Origin: Pelomyxa schiedti
Taxonomy: Eukaryota > Protista > Evosea
Length of the DNA: 64,000 bases
Direction of reading: 5' to 3'
NCBI GenBank assembly: GCA_020536535.1
Contig: JAHLWZ010000801.1
Span: 75,095 to 139,094, forward strand
Shown here: piece after piece, positions 1 through 13,397 of the stretch
How positions within the stretch are numbered: the first letter of the stretch is position 1
Layout: every line of letters starts with the position of its first letter
Position numbers and translations under genes: made by a program
Notes under the pieces: model-generated
What the model was told of the DNA's origin: nothing
Databases searched by the model: none
The model's input: the letters and a program-made list of their open reading frames with translations, nothing else

Positions 1-46
1 AGGCTATTCCATTTCTTTATTTAGCTCATAAAGTTACGTATTTGGT

Positions 47-3000
47 TTAACCAAATGTGAGTAATATGTTAGGATCCAGAATCAATGGAGTTGAGGATGA
101 TGGATTGAGCCTCTGTATTCTGCCGAGAACGCTTGGTGCCACAGGATCCGGCATCAGAGAATCCGGCTTGAACGAGTGCACAATGTGGGCAAGCTGGACT
201 GGGTTAAGTGCGCTGAAGGCTGTGTGGACTATGGTCTCGTCAAACAGCACTGCCTTGTCCATGATGAGCAGGTTCCCAGCTTGCTTGATGTGGTCCAAGC
301 GCTGCCTGTGAACAGATAGATAGGTAGTGGAGGTGAGATAGGAGAATATAAAATGAGTGAGAGGTGGTTTTACCTTGCACGGCTGAGGAATGCACTCTGG
401 TACAGGAACTCTTCAATTGAGGAAAGACCTAATTTGATTTGGAATCCTTTTCCACACGTGCCTGTTCAATCAGAGGGGAAAAAAAAAAAGTAAGCATTAA
501 AATTTGGTCACAAGGGGGTGGATACAGCATCCAGGTTGGTTGACAAGCTGGTTGAAAAGTCGGGCGTTTATCCAGTAGCACAACTGAGAGAAGAACTGGA
601 AGCAAATAGACCGGGAAATTCCATTGTCAAGAAGTCTTTGGAGTGTTTCCTGGAGAATCTGGATAACATCAGTTATGCTGGGCCCTCCTTTTGGTTTGGC
701 AGCAGCGGATCTTTTTTTTATTTAGGTGTTTTGAAAAAGTGAAATCAAGTGAAAATGGATGCCTCTACCTAGAAGCACCGCTCACCCTGAGTTGTTCAGG
801 TGGTTCAAAGATTGCTTGGCACAGGATTCCGTCAAGAATCTGTAAGAAAATAGGTTCAATCCCGAAGGTGTAATTAATAACGAGGGCATACATGCTCTGT
901 TCTTTGCAACAGCATGAAGAATATTTCGTGAAGTACTTGTTGTAATTGGAACACGAATCGAGGGACCTCACCCTCGGGTGCCGCACTGGGCTTCAAGATG
1001 TACTCTGTCCGGCTGAGTGCTTTATGTTATCCAAATAGAGGTAAAATCGATAATAGGAGGTTACCTTGGTGGTACGAGAGTCCCTTGCACGAAATTCAGA
1101 AGACTCCAGGTCACAGTTACAAAGTATGTGGACATCATGAGGTTGTCTTTATACCCCTGGGAAGTAGTTTGTTTTTGAATCAAACCGAAAAACCAAACTA
1201 AATTACAAGTTGTCGTACCAGTGAGATAGTCTTTATTCTCTCAGCTATTTTCTCAAAGAAGTCACTGTCCGGCTTTTTCAGGCTGTTCCATTGCTGCAAT
1301 CGGTCTATGATAAGCAATGCTGTGCAGGGAACACCTTGGGCGTCAAATAGTGATGAATCAGCACTGAACAGTGCATTGAGGAGGAATTCTTCGATTTTTA
1401 GCTTGTGCTCTGCTTGCTATGTTCGTTAGTGACTCAAGGGGAAATAAGAAAATGAAACCTGGACTTTAGCTAGTAGTTGCTTATCTCCACTTTCCTTCAC
1501 GCAAGTCATTAATTCCCATAGATTTGATTAAAAGAAAATGGGCCACCTGGGCATGACGCTCCATCTTTTTCTTTGCTTTCTGAGATTCTTTCAATTTTTT
1601 GCGTAGAGATTCTAATTCCTGTGCATCTTCTTGGCCTACTTGAAGCTGATTACGCAGTTTCTCTTCCAATTCATCCCTATCACCCTCCAACTTCTTGACT
1701 TGCTCTTTGAGCTTTTGCATGGTTTGGAGCATTTGTGTTCTGGTCCCTTCCAATTTGGATATTTGATCACGGGACTCTGCTCTAATTTTTTCGGTGTCAT
1801 GGAGGAACTGTGCTTGTCTGTCAGTAAGGGACGATTGCAGGTCGGTGGTGGTTTTCCGCGTATTGGAAAGCTGGGACTGCAGGTCTGCATTCAAGCAAGT
1901 TTGTTCCTAAGTAAATTTCCTTTTTCATGGGTTTATTGTAGATTGATAGAAATACATACATTAAGCTTGACTTTGAAGTGAGACAATTCTGACGACAGTT
2001 GGGAATTTTGACTTTCTAACTCGCTCTGCTTATGGCGCAAATCATCGATTTCTTGAAGTGCAGTGCGCAGTTTATTTGATAACTCATCTTTTTCAGCATT
2101 CAGTTCTGTAAGTTGCTGGGAAACTCTGGCCAAGGAACTGGTTTCAGATTCTAATTTGTCCAGGAGGTCGTGATTGCTATCTCGTAAAGTAGCCACAGTG
2201 CGTGAGATAGATTCACTGCTTTCAGCCCCCGAATTCCCTGATGCTGCTTGTTCCACTCTTTTGGCCAAATTATCTCTCTCTTCCTTCAATCTGTCAATCT
2301 GAGAAGTTTTGTGTTTGAGCTGCTGTTGAAGTTTTTCCGAATCATCAGTTTGTCTCTTCAGTTCAGTTTTAAGTCGTTCAATGTTAGACTGTAAATCTGT
2401 GTTGGTTTTTTTGGATGTCTGCAGCTCAGTGCGGATTTGCTCAGTTTGGGTGTTGTTGTGCGACAACTTTATAGTCATCTCCTGTAAGCTGTTTCTAGCT
2501 GCTTCAAGCTCTCTGTGTGTAGCAGTTTCTTTTTCAGTTGCTGTTTGCAGTTGTTGCTGTAGATCCGCTTGAGCTGCACCTGAAGATTGGAGGAGAAGCT
2601 GCCTTTCTCGCTCCCAAGTTGCAGTTTTGGTTATCAATAAGTCTTCAGCAAGTTTAATCTGCTGGTGCGAACTGTTAATTTGGGATTCTGCTGTTGCAGC
2701 TGCAGCCCGAGTTTCTATATTGGCTTTCTCAAATTGATTGGTAATACGTGCCACATCTCCTTTCAGTGACGTGACAACCTAAAGGGAAGGTTACAGGTTG
2801 AAAGAAGTCATCTGGAAGAAACCTTCAATTGCTCCTGCAGTTCAGCTTCAAGTGCCACCACTCTCTTATTGGAGGTGTCAAGTTCCACTTTCAGGCCTGC
2901 ACACTTGGTTTCTAACCCTTCATCGGGTTTCGCAATCAATTCTTCCTTATTTTTATGTCCCCTCTCAGCTTCTGGGTGGGAGCTGAGGTTAGCAAGCTTA

Positions 3001-4789
3001 GATTTGAAATCAGCAACTGCTTTTTGACTTTCCGCGTACTGTGCTTTAAGGCCACTATTTTCTTTCGAGAGTCCAGCCACTTCTTCTTCATACTGCCTAA
3101 CTTTAGCTTTGGTTTGCTCCATCTCAATGGTGAGTTTTTGAAGTTGTACAGCGACATCCTCTTTTACTGGTTTCTTCTGCTTTGCAGCCATTTCTTCTGA
3201 TTGCTTCAAGTCAGCTTGGGTTCTCTCCAATGCCGTTTTCAGGTCAGCTATTGTTTTTTCACTGCGTATCTTCTCCGCATTCATTTTCTTTTCCAAGGCA
3301 GTGAGCTGTTCTGTGAGCTGTGTATTGGATTCCGCAGATGAACTTTTACTTGGGGTGCCTTTGGCCTCAAGAACTCGAATTTGGGCCACCAAGTCTGCTT
3401 CCTTAGTGGAATGTGCAGATTCGATATCACGGATGTGGTTCTCTTTCGAGAGCAAATCATCTGTATTGTGGGTTTAAGCACGTAATGGGGAAGGTGGGGG
3501 TTCAAACCTTTGACTTTCTGGTGGTCTGTGGAAAGTTCAGAAAGCTTAGTTTTCAATGTTTCTATCTCTTTCGTAGATTCATGCTGAGAGTGCTTAGCTG
3601 ATTTCTCTTTCTTGTCCAGTTCAGTTTTTAGGGTATCACGGGATTTTGTTAAGGTGGCAATTTGTTCTCTGAGAGAACTGATTTCATCGTTGTGCGGGGA
3701 TGCATCAGTGTGAGTGTCACTATGTGTTGGAACTGAGCTGGGAGATTTAGGTGTAGTAGTGGTTTCATCTTTCACTACAGGTGCACTCTCTCTGTCTTCC
3801 TCCCTGCTGGAGGATGAATGGTGTCTTGAATGTGAATGCTCTTTTGAAGAATGAGAGGAGCTGGTCTCGCGACTGTGAGACTTTTTGCTGCTGTGAGAAT
3901 CTTTGTGAGGTGAGGATGGAACTGATTCCTCAGCTGCTGTGGTACTTGGAGCAGGGGCAGTGATGCTAATTGTAACTGATGGTGATGTAGATGCCGTTGG
4001 TTTTGGTTCAACAGCGGGCTTGTCCAATTTGTCAGGTTTGTCAAATACATCAGATTTGTCTTCAGCTTCGAAGTCGACCTTTTCTTCATCTTCATCTTCC
4101 TGAACAGGGTTAAGTGGGTATAGTATATATGGTTTACATCAGCTTCAGACAACAGCACATCAGTTTCATCTTCTCTTTGGAAAGTGAAAAAGAAAATATC
4201 AAGAAATAAGATGGAGATACGCTGCGGATGTGACTCCCAAATTTTCAGAGGTAATTTTAATCTAGAAGAATTACAATTAAAGCCATTTCAGGGAAATTAG
4301 TACACACAAGTAAAGAAAGAGGCCCGCCCTTAGAGCCTTTTTTCTTGAGATTCAGTGTGGCTGTCTTAACAGCGCCACCAAGATCGGCATAGTCACTCAT
4401 ATTGACTGTGGTTTTACCCAATGTCCTCTTTTTCTTTCCCTTATCCTCCTTTACGTAGAAGATAATATTTTTGGCATCCTTTTATGTTTTGGTTTGTTAA
4501 GTTGTCCGATTTGTACCCAACCCGCAAGACGATAAAAAATACAAAATTAGAATAAACATTGCAATACATAAGACGAAGCCTCCTTGAAAAGTGTGCAAGT
4601 GACAGTTACGGTTTCGGCCCACTCGCACGTCCCGGCCCTGACCGGCTTCGAAGCCGTTGTGCCTTGGTTCTCTTTCTTGGAGCCTCGCTTCCACCCCACG
4701 CACGCCGACGAGACCCCGTCGGGTAGCCCAGTGGCCATCACGTACGTAAGGCGGTAACGTTGCTTCACTGCTGGCTTCTTCTTGAACAT
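47..4789 (-). CDS. NT-type C2 (EEIG1/EHBP1-like) domain + long coiled coil + C-terminal DIL (dilute) domain protein, multi-exon
   Basis: First exon from ATG 4789: MFKKKPAVKQRYRLTYVMATGLPDGVSSACVGWKRGSKKENQGTT...CEWAETVTVTCTLFKE (NT-C2 pattern WKRG...G.T...W.E). Heptad-rich exons 1481-3455. Last exon ...FSALNPVQLAHIVHSFKPDSLMPDPV... resembles the DIL C-terminus; TAA at 47. GT-AG introns link the ORF pieces. Confidence 0.78.
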
Positions 4790-6028
4790 TCTCTCTTGGT
4801 AGTCGTTTGCCTGTGTTGTTGGTCGCACACCCCCCCAAGAGGTTTCGTCTCTTTGTTTTTTTGGGAAAAAATTGCGTTTGGTTCGCGAAAAAAAGTGTCA
4901 TCATCGTGGAAACAAAAAACTCGTGACCCTGTGTCGAGCCGTCTCCGCGATTCCTGTTTTTGCTCTTGGAATACGCTGAGACAAGTTTCTCTTTTCTCTG
5001 GCTTTGCCAAGCTGTCAACTGCTCTTTTGTTACCCTTGGCTGTCACCCCACCCATCCTTTGACAACCAGGTTTTTGGGTGTTGAATGCACACACTTGCCT
5101 GTTTCAGAAGCGGGACACGTGATGTGCGCATAGCATTGCGATTCCTCCAGTAGCTGGTGCAGCTGAACCCAGCTGATGCAAGCTGATGCAGAAACAGCAG
5201 ACTTTGGTTATCTTGGCTTGCCTTGGCTTTTGGGGTTCCAACATTTGTCCAGAATTGCAATTAGCCCCCCCCAGCCAAGTGGGTTATGTGAGGTCTCAGA
5301 GAATGTGGGTTGCAGCAATATTATTCCGATGCCGCTAAACCAAACCTTCAAAACCCAGTCGAAGGATGTCTATTAACGAAATTATGTGTAGAGAGATTGT
5401 AGACAGACATTTGGGACTCACACTTTTTGGCATCAACGGGGCAGAAAAGGTCCTGGTTCTCTGTGCCCTGTGAAGGGAAAATTCTGAAATGTCTGGACCA
5501 CATCGGGACCAGACACGTTCTACAATTTCGTGGTCTTTCCAGTGTCTGAGGAGCATCACATGGCAAGATCCAAAGACCCAAAAAATTAAAAGTGTGAGTC
5601 CCAACATTTTACTGTCAGCTGTCATGATGATGAGAAATTCTAGGGCAAGTCAAGAACCCTGGTGCTGTGTGATGATGCGACATTCTTGGGCAAATCGAAG
5701 AAGTCTGGTCTGGTATCTTCCACATCAAAATCCCAACTGATATTTCCAGCAGAGAGGATGTAAGAGGATGGATTCTATTCTTGTGAAAACCCACGAAGTC
5801 TATGACTGTTGTGACTCTGACGAGGACTTTTTGATCCCTTCCACAAGAAAGCCCACCAGTGATACCTCCAAAATACTCAAACCTCATTCCATTGTAATGA
5901 CCTTGTTTGGGTATTGCTGCTTTTTATACTGTATAAATTGTTGCTTTTTTGGAAAACTGGGGCAAGAGCACAAGATAGAGGCTCAGACCATCTGATTTCG
6001 CAGAAAACACCTAAGTTGGTTTAAACCA

Positions 6029-9000
6029 ATGGCAGACCCGCCCTCAGCCGCCACACCGCCGCCACCAACCTCACAACCACCAATCTACCCGCCACAACTT
6101 AGGCCTGGGTCGGGAGTCTCGTCTCTTTTGCTCCTTCCTCCCCAGCAGCAGCAGCTCTCGTCCCTGCGGCCTCCCCCGCCGCCCCCTTCCTCGCTGTCCT
6201 CCTCCCCCTTGGCCCCCGGGGCCCCGCTTTCTCGGGCCGCCCCTCCCCTCCCTTCCGCCTCCCCGTCCGCGCGGCCGCCCCCGCCCCAGTACCAATCCGC
6301 CTCGTCCGGCAGGTCCTCCCCCTCTACCTCGCCGCTGCCCCCCTCGCGTCCCCCCTTTCTCGCTGCCGCAACCACGGCGCCCCAGTCGGCTGCTGCTGCT
6401 ACTACAGTAAGCCCCGCAGCCACGATGTCGACCACTAGCACTAGCACTACGATTATGGGAATGGGGATGGGGGGTAATTCCAGTGGTGCCGCGAATAATT
6501 CAGTTGGGGGTGACTTAATGCTACTGGCAACATCGACCAACGTGAAAGCAAAGTTGAGCCCCGCGGAATCCCTGGAGTGCATATTGTGTGTTGGGCCACT
6601 GGTAATTTACCTCACTTGTGATTTCATTTCCTTTTCTTTGTAAAGTTATCTGTATTCCCTAACACTCAACTTTTTTTTTTTTTTTTTTCAAAATGTTAAA
6701 TTTGGGGATATTCAACTATGTACATTCAATACTGACTGGGACGTTGTGGTGCAGAGAAAGGCGGAAATACTCAAATGTGGGCACTCTTTTTGTTCTGAGT
6801 GTATACGGCAGTGCATCCCAGTGACGCACAAATGTCCTGTGTGTAGCAAAGAATGTACATTAGACGATCTTACTGTAGAATATTCCCTGCGACACATTGA
6901 GGAACTGTGTGCTCTACAGACATTCCTTTTTTTTGTACTCACTCCATCCCAGAACACAGAACAAAGCCACTGTAACCAATGAAATTTTGGAGCTAATCAG
7001 GTTTGACCAGAGAGTCACAGAAATTCTTTGTCCAACTTCTTTTCAGGAGGCTCAGGGAACGAGCTCTTCAGACAGAAATTGCCACGAGACAACACCAAGA
7101 ATCCCTCAATGCCTGCCAGAAGCTTGAAAATGAAAAGAAACGGCTTCAAGCTGAAAAACAAGACTCGGCAAATGTTCTTGCACAGCAACTGCAACGACTG
7201 GAAAAAGAAAGAGATGATCTCCGAAGGAAAGAGAAAGAGGCTCTGGACAAATGGTTCGAATCCCAAAGGTTGAATCGCGAGCAGTACAGAGTTTTTGAGA
7301 AACAGAAGCAAGAATTTGAGCAACTAAGACGTGAGAAGGGGAATTTGGAACAATTGCTGGAAAGAGAGAGAACACTGGTTTTGGCATTCTTTTTTTCCGT
7401 TAAAATAGGCTTACTTCTATTATTCACAGGAAGAAGGAATTCGCAATTCCGGTGAACAAGAAAGATTACAACTCCAAACCCAACTAGAATCTGTTCAGGC
7501 ATCCAAGCTACGTTTTGAGCAAGAGAAAGCAAATGCACGTACCCTACAGTTCTAGGGTCACTAATCACCACCCCAAAGATAGAAGCACAGCTGCAAAACT
7601 TGCAAGCACAAACACTGAAAATGACACAGGAGGCAGAAGAAGAACGCCTTGCGGCATGTGTCAAATCACTCATCCTACGAACAATAACCCCAAAGTTGTA
7701 GCTTCAAAGAGAGTTGGACCTGATTAGGCGGAATGCAGAAACCGTTGAGCAGGACAGAGCAACTGTGTGGCCTTCCTATGATAATCTTGTCCCTAATCAC
7801 TAATGATACCAGTCTCTTGGCCAATTGGAACAGCTTCAAAGTGCCAAAGTCAATCTAGAAAAAGAATTAGAAACAGAACGCGCTAGTGCTATGCTGGTTA
7901 TCTATATATGTGCTGTAAAAGCAATACCAACGGTAAAAATAAGGCTCAAACTGAATTGCAACGACTAAATGCTGAGAATGAAGAATTAGAAAGGACCTTT
8001 TTAGCCCAACGAAAGTTGGTTGTCAAACTCATGCAAGTGCCACAACACCTAACCTTTTGCTTAGGCACAAGAGGGAATTGAACAAAAAGCATTTCTCGAA
8101 CAACAACTAGAGATAGAGAAAGCAAAAGCTGCCCAAGAAAGAGCTCAATTTGAGTTACTGCTGGAACAACAAAAAGCAGCCGTAACTGCATCCAGAAATA
8201 GTCAATTTTTCTTAATCAGTTTCCTAGTATTCTCAGATGCAGGCTGAGCTCAATAGAAAGGAGGCTGTCATCGAGCATGTGGTAAGCCTTTACTCGTAAT
8301 ATCAGCAACTAACAAACAATTCTAGTCGGAACAAAATCGAGTTTTATCGCAGCAGGTACAGTCTCAGTCACTACCATTACAATCAAACATTTCTTGCTCG
8401 AAAACGACTAAATCAACTGAAAGTACTAGTGGATGGGGAGGTAGTTTCATTGTATTCTGGCTCTTTGTCTTACTAGTACTACGGGGGAAAACAAAGATAG
8501 TTTTATGAAATTCGTGTATTCATGGGTCCCACCAATGACCGCCTCAGTGATGACATCTTCTGCGAGTGGAGAGTTCATCACCTCAATAGATCAATATACT
8601 CTTCACGAACAGCTGGGTGAAACAACAGTATTTTTTGCATACAATTCTGATTCGATTTAATTTGAATGCAGGATATGACTTTCTTCAGAGCATCTAAAAA
8701 ACAGTATGTGGTATGATTCTCTTGATCATTGGGAGTGTTTTGTATATGTGCTAAATTGAAAAACCCTTTGATTCTGGTTACAGATACTCTAACGCGTCTG
8801 TGTCACTGAAGAAGCTTCCTCTTCCTCCTTTACCGTACAAGCAGCAAGAATTGATGAACGCATTTCGGTTGAGAACACTCTCCTTTCAGCACTCTCCTAA
8901 CCTTAAATCATTCTAAACAGTTATCCAATGTTCCTGCACAAACTATCTCATAAATCCATTGTAAAAATAGTCTCCCTTGTACAGACTCCAAATGTGAGCC

Positions 9001-9900
9001 TTCTCATGATTTCTATTAAAAAAACCCAAGTGTCTTTGACAAGAATCCCAGGACTACATCTATGTGTCATTTCCATATTATAAATACGACCTCGACTTCT
9101 TGATCCGCCAAAATCGTCTCTCTTTTGAGCAAAAGGTTCTCATCACAAACCATATTTTACACGCTTTGAGCTATTTACATTCTCGTGAAGTTGTATGCAT
9201 TTCAACAAAAATCGGCGTACATGAGATCCTTACCCTTCCTCAGGTACATCGCTCGCTAAGGCCATCAGCAGTATTTTTAAGCACTACGAACCTCAGTGAC
9301 TCCGCACCGGCAGTTATTTGTTCTTTCGACCATGCTCTTTGTTTGCCACAACTTCAATATGGTCAGGGATCGCCGCCGCCTTGTACTCGCTACCACCCCC
9401 CGGAGGTCCTCAATACACCTTCAATGCCGGTACAGTGGAAGAGTGCTGACATGTGGGCTGCTGGGTGCATTCTAGGTGAAATGCTTATGGGTAGAGCACT
9501 ATTCAGTGTAGCTGCAGCGCAAGTTTGCTCCCATTCCACTGTACTCACAACTAACATATTCTTTCCAAAGTCACTTGGGTTTGCAGCCACCAAGCAGTAC
9601 TCACAAGCATTCCCCGTTCTGCAGTGCTGCACTTCTCATGGATTTTCCGGCCTGTCTAGGCTTCCAGCCTTCCAGCAGTACCCCGCCGACCTTATTGCTC
9701 TACTAGAGCGGCTACTCTGGTTTGCACCCACACATAGGCCCACGGCACAAGAAGCCCTGAACCACACATGCTTTGCTCCAAGAGCGGCTGTAAATTACCC
9801 TCCAGCCACACCTGAGGAATTGGTGGCTTTCTCTGACGTGTCTGTGATGGAGTTTCTAAGGCAACAACTGCCCTCCATGGCCCAACAGTGTGTACCATAA
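6029..9900 (+). CDS. Pro-rich N-terminus + C3HC4 RING finger + coiled coil + MAPK/CMGC-like pseudokinase domain
   Basis: LECILC...ILKCGHSFCSECIRQCIPVTHKCPVC (RING). Coiled-coil exons 7003-8300. Kinase-fold exons: VSLKKL, YKYDLDFLIR, HALSYLHSRE, VHRSLRPSAV, CSFDHA, TRYHPPEVL, SADMWAAGCILGEML, LLERLLWFAPTHRPTAQEALNH. TAA at 9898-9900. Confidence 0.8.
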
Positions 9901-9967
9901 CAAGAATCAAGAACAAAAAGAAATAAGTGTTCTGGAAAAGGATACAACTTTCTCAATTATGAACATT

Positions 9968-12880
9968 TACCAACATGAGCAAACGCACAAGCAAACAATC
10001 CACCCTTGTACGGTTAAGTCCATATCCCACAGATTCTTCTTCTCGTTCTTGATGTACTTGTCAGCAAGTTGTGTTCCCTCATTTGCGGCGGCAGCGGAAT
10101 TGAAAGTGGTGAAGGTGGTACCAAGACCTAGAGGTAGAGACTGTTAGAGTTTAATTGGGACTTCAAGGTAGGATTTACCGGGTAGGAGCTTGTATGTGAA
10201 ATCACAGTACCCTGGAAGTGCATTGAGGTAGTTGAGCCAGTGGGATGAAAAGTCAGCAGCCTGATTGGTGGTGAGTTTCGTTGAACTCACTCTTACCATC
10301 ACTTTCAAATCTGGTGCATGAAATTAGCTTGATGGGAGAAGCACCCTCACGCCTATTTTTTGGCTCACCAATTTGTAAAACTTTGTCTGGTGAAGGGAAG
10401 CCAATTGCCAGGCCCATTTGGTTGGAATTAGAGAGTGATTGAAGGGATTGCAGTTGTGGTAGAGCCTGTTGGCCCGTCTGCTGAGGTTGAGTGAGTTGAG
10501 TCGAGGAACCTACTTGCTGTGCATTTGCTGCTAGGGACACCACTGGGGAGCCATTTCCTTTTGAAGTAAGATGCGCAATCAGTACATTCTATAGTAGTAT
10601 ACTTATTGATCTCCCTTTCTCTAGAGAGAACGGAGGGCTGCGAACTACTTCATTCCCCGGAAGTTCAAGTACTAGTTGAACGGTGGATTGCAGATGTTCA
10701 CTATTTATTTTACGTGTTCAGTCGGGTATGTCCAAGTGATAAAATTGGAAAAACCTGGAGGATGAGCAGTGACTTTTACAACGATCCAATGTGCAACACA
10801 CATAGCCATTGGGCATTCTTGCAGCTTCAAAGACTTTTTTACTAGATGCTTTGAGGGTGATAAGCTTTCCAGATGTAGAGGAACAAATCGGGCAGTGCAC
10901 GGCTGCAAATCTTATTAAAACTGATGCGCACGTTTTGGCTCGATACCCTCATTGGTTCCTTCTTTGCAGGTTTTCATGTTTCTTACACATTGCTCAAAAA
11001 TTTTCTCGTCTGTGAGACCATGTTGCGTTCGATACTCAGAGCTCATGATAAGGTGGACCTTATTGCGGGATCAACCTAGATTTCTGCTGTGGGAGTGCGG
11101 TTTACCTGGAAGCTTTTGTCTCGATGAATTTTAGTGGTGCTAAGATGAAGTACACAGTTGTTCCCAGAATGAAGTTTGTGCTCCACCTCGTGATAAATTT
11201 GCTGGAGTTGCTCGTCGTTGAGAGGCTCTGCATCAATATAAACAATGTTTCATGGAAATAAGATAAGAATACCACTTGTCACTAGTGGGGTTCCGGACTG
11301 CTGAAGGGGAGATGATCCACTTGGCATAGTCAGCCCCATTGTCATGCTTAAAGCCTGTGCTTGCTGTAATACCGGAGCTAACCCTCCGGGATGAGATACG
11401 CCACGTTGTAATGCTGAGAGAGGTGAATATTGAGTATTGTTGGGCAGATACCATTGACTAAATCGGGGCTGTTGAGACCCAACGCAGCTGGAGCACCAGG
11501 CAGATCCGGTAGGCCATTCCATGTACTGTCGAACTCCGGAGAAGATTCCGGGAATGTAGGTGTTGTAATATCACTACTTGATGGAGAATGCAGTTGTTGA
11601 AGCAACTGCTGTGAAGGTAAGGGAGTGGCAGCACTATTTAATTGAGAATCGGTTGCATTGGATTGGATAGATGACACAGTGGAATTGCTGGGGGTTCCTG
11701 AGGTTGAGTGGGGGTGTGTCACATCTTGCATTTCAGGAAGTCTTACAACTTTACGGGGAGGGGCCTGCATGAAGTCTTATTTATTGTACTGTGGATTTTT
11801 GGAAGATGAATTTACCACAAGGTCCCCTTCTGGATGTGTTCCAGAGGATGAATCGTTTCCCAAAGGCGGCTTGGAAAAGGTTAAATGCAACTGCTAAAGA
11901 TAGTAGTATGGTACTTGTAATGTCCCCAAGAATGCAAGTAACGAAGGAGCATCATTTCCAAAAAGATTCCTTAAACTACCAAGAACATTATTCATGTTGC
12001 TTGTTTGAAGAAGTCTGGAAGCAGTGGTGTCTCCAGGAGAGTTGTTTATCGTTCCCAGACTGGAAAGGCTTGGAGGAAATCCTGGATTACCGCCATTGTT
12101 TGTTCCACTTTCCATTTGAAGTCCACTTCCAAGGCCAAGTCCTCCCATGGGTAAGTTGCCCACTGATCCCAATGCACCCACGTTTCCGGGTGACAAACCA
12201 CCCATGGGTGGCAGCCCAGTTAGTGAAGAAAGCCCAGTCAGTGAAGAAAGCCCACTGGTACCAAAATTTCCCAGACCCATAGGCAAGTTCATTGGATTGG
12301 GAGTATGCAACGCAGGCATGCTTCCCATTGCAGGGGTGCCCAATCCAGACAAGTGTCCAACTCCACTATTACCCATTAAGCCAGCCAATCCCAAATTTCC
12401 TAAGTTCATATTGCCGAGTCCCGTGTTTGTTGCCGATAAGACTCCTGGCATGTTCATCATTCCGAGAAGAGCACTCAAATTCACACCACTGCCACTAACA
12501 GGGGGTGTTGAAGATGGTGTACTATTTGGGGTTGGTGTGAGAGACTGTGCTGATGGTGTGTTTTGTAGGTTCATTGAAAACGGTACTGCTGTAGAAACCA
12601 TGTATTGTTGTGATGGGGGATTGGTTATTGGGGTACTAACGTTACTGGAGCCTCCAAACTGAAAGGTTGGTTGTAGATTTTGAGGTTGAGATGATGAAAG
12701 TAATTGTGCTATCTCGTTAATGACAGCAGGGGTGGATGGAGCCAATAGAGAAAACCCCCCGGATGTGGGGTTTTGTTGTGTGTTAAAGCTAGGTTGTTGA
12801 GGTGATTGTTGTAAGTGTAGTAGTTGCTGCATTTGGAGGTTTTGAATTTGTTGCTGGAGGTTATGTGGGGGCATATTCAT
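9968..12880 (-). CDS. Hypothetical protein: Q/N/G/M-rich low-complexity N-terminus and a Cys-containing globular C-terminal region (possible transcription regulator)
   Basis: Long ORFs 11894-12883 and 11378-11770 are low complexity. Spliced downstream exons encode VHCPICSSTSGKLITLK...YVCCTLDRCKSHCSSSR and DLKVM...AADFSSHWLNYLNALPGYCDFTYKLLPG. The 3' end is approximate. Confidence 0.55.
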
Positions 12881-13397
12881 CAAGGAAGATAGATTCTGTT
12901 TAAATTATTTTCATCTAAAGAGCTGAAAACATGGGAAAGATACCATTGAATGTGGGGAACCACTCACGCCACGGGACTTGAATAATTAAGTGCCAAAGAA
13001 ATCACAATAAAATAGGAAAATACTTGAATACGTGAAGCATCGTCTTTGGAGGGCTGCATTTCCTACTGTAGTATCTTATGAGGAAATGAAAGGGGTGGAA
13101 AAAAAAACCAAAAAAAGGGGAAAAGGACAAGCACGAACCACAACAACACGACGGCAGATCGTCGTTGCTTGTTATCTTGTGTGTCTGAGGCCGCTACACC
13201 GACAGATCCGGTAATCCCGTACGCGTGATGGGGCAGCGGCACTGATTGTTTTCAAATGTGATTTTGCTTTTTGCTTTTTTCTTCCAGTTTGGATTTCGGG
13301 TGTTTTATTTTTGTAGTTTCCCGCGGTGTGAAATATGAGATTTAGCCTAACCATCATTTTGGTTGTGGTTTCCTTGCAGGGCAACTTTGCTTTCCTG

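Noticed and set aside
5030-5995. Possible gene or gene remnant between the NT-C2 gene and the RING-pseudokinase gene
   Set aside because: Only short ORFs on both strands; no consistent splice path or motif could be built.
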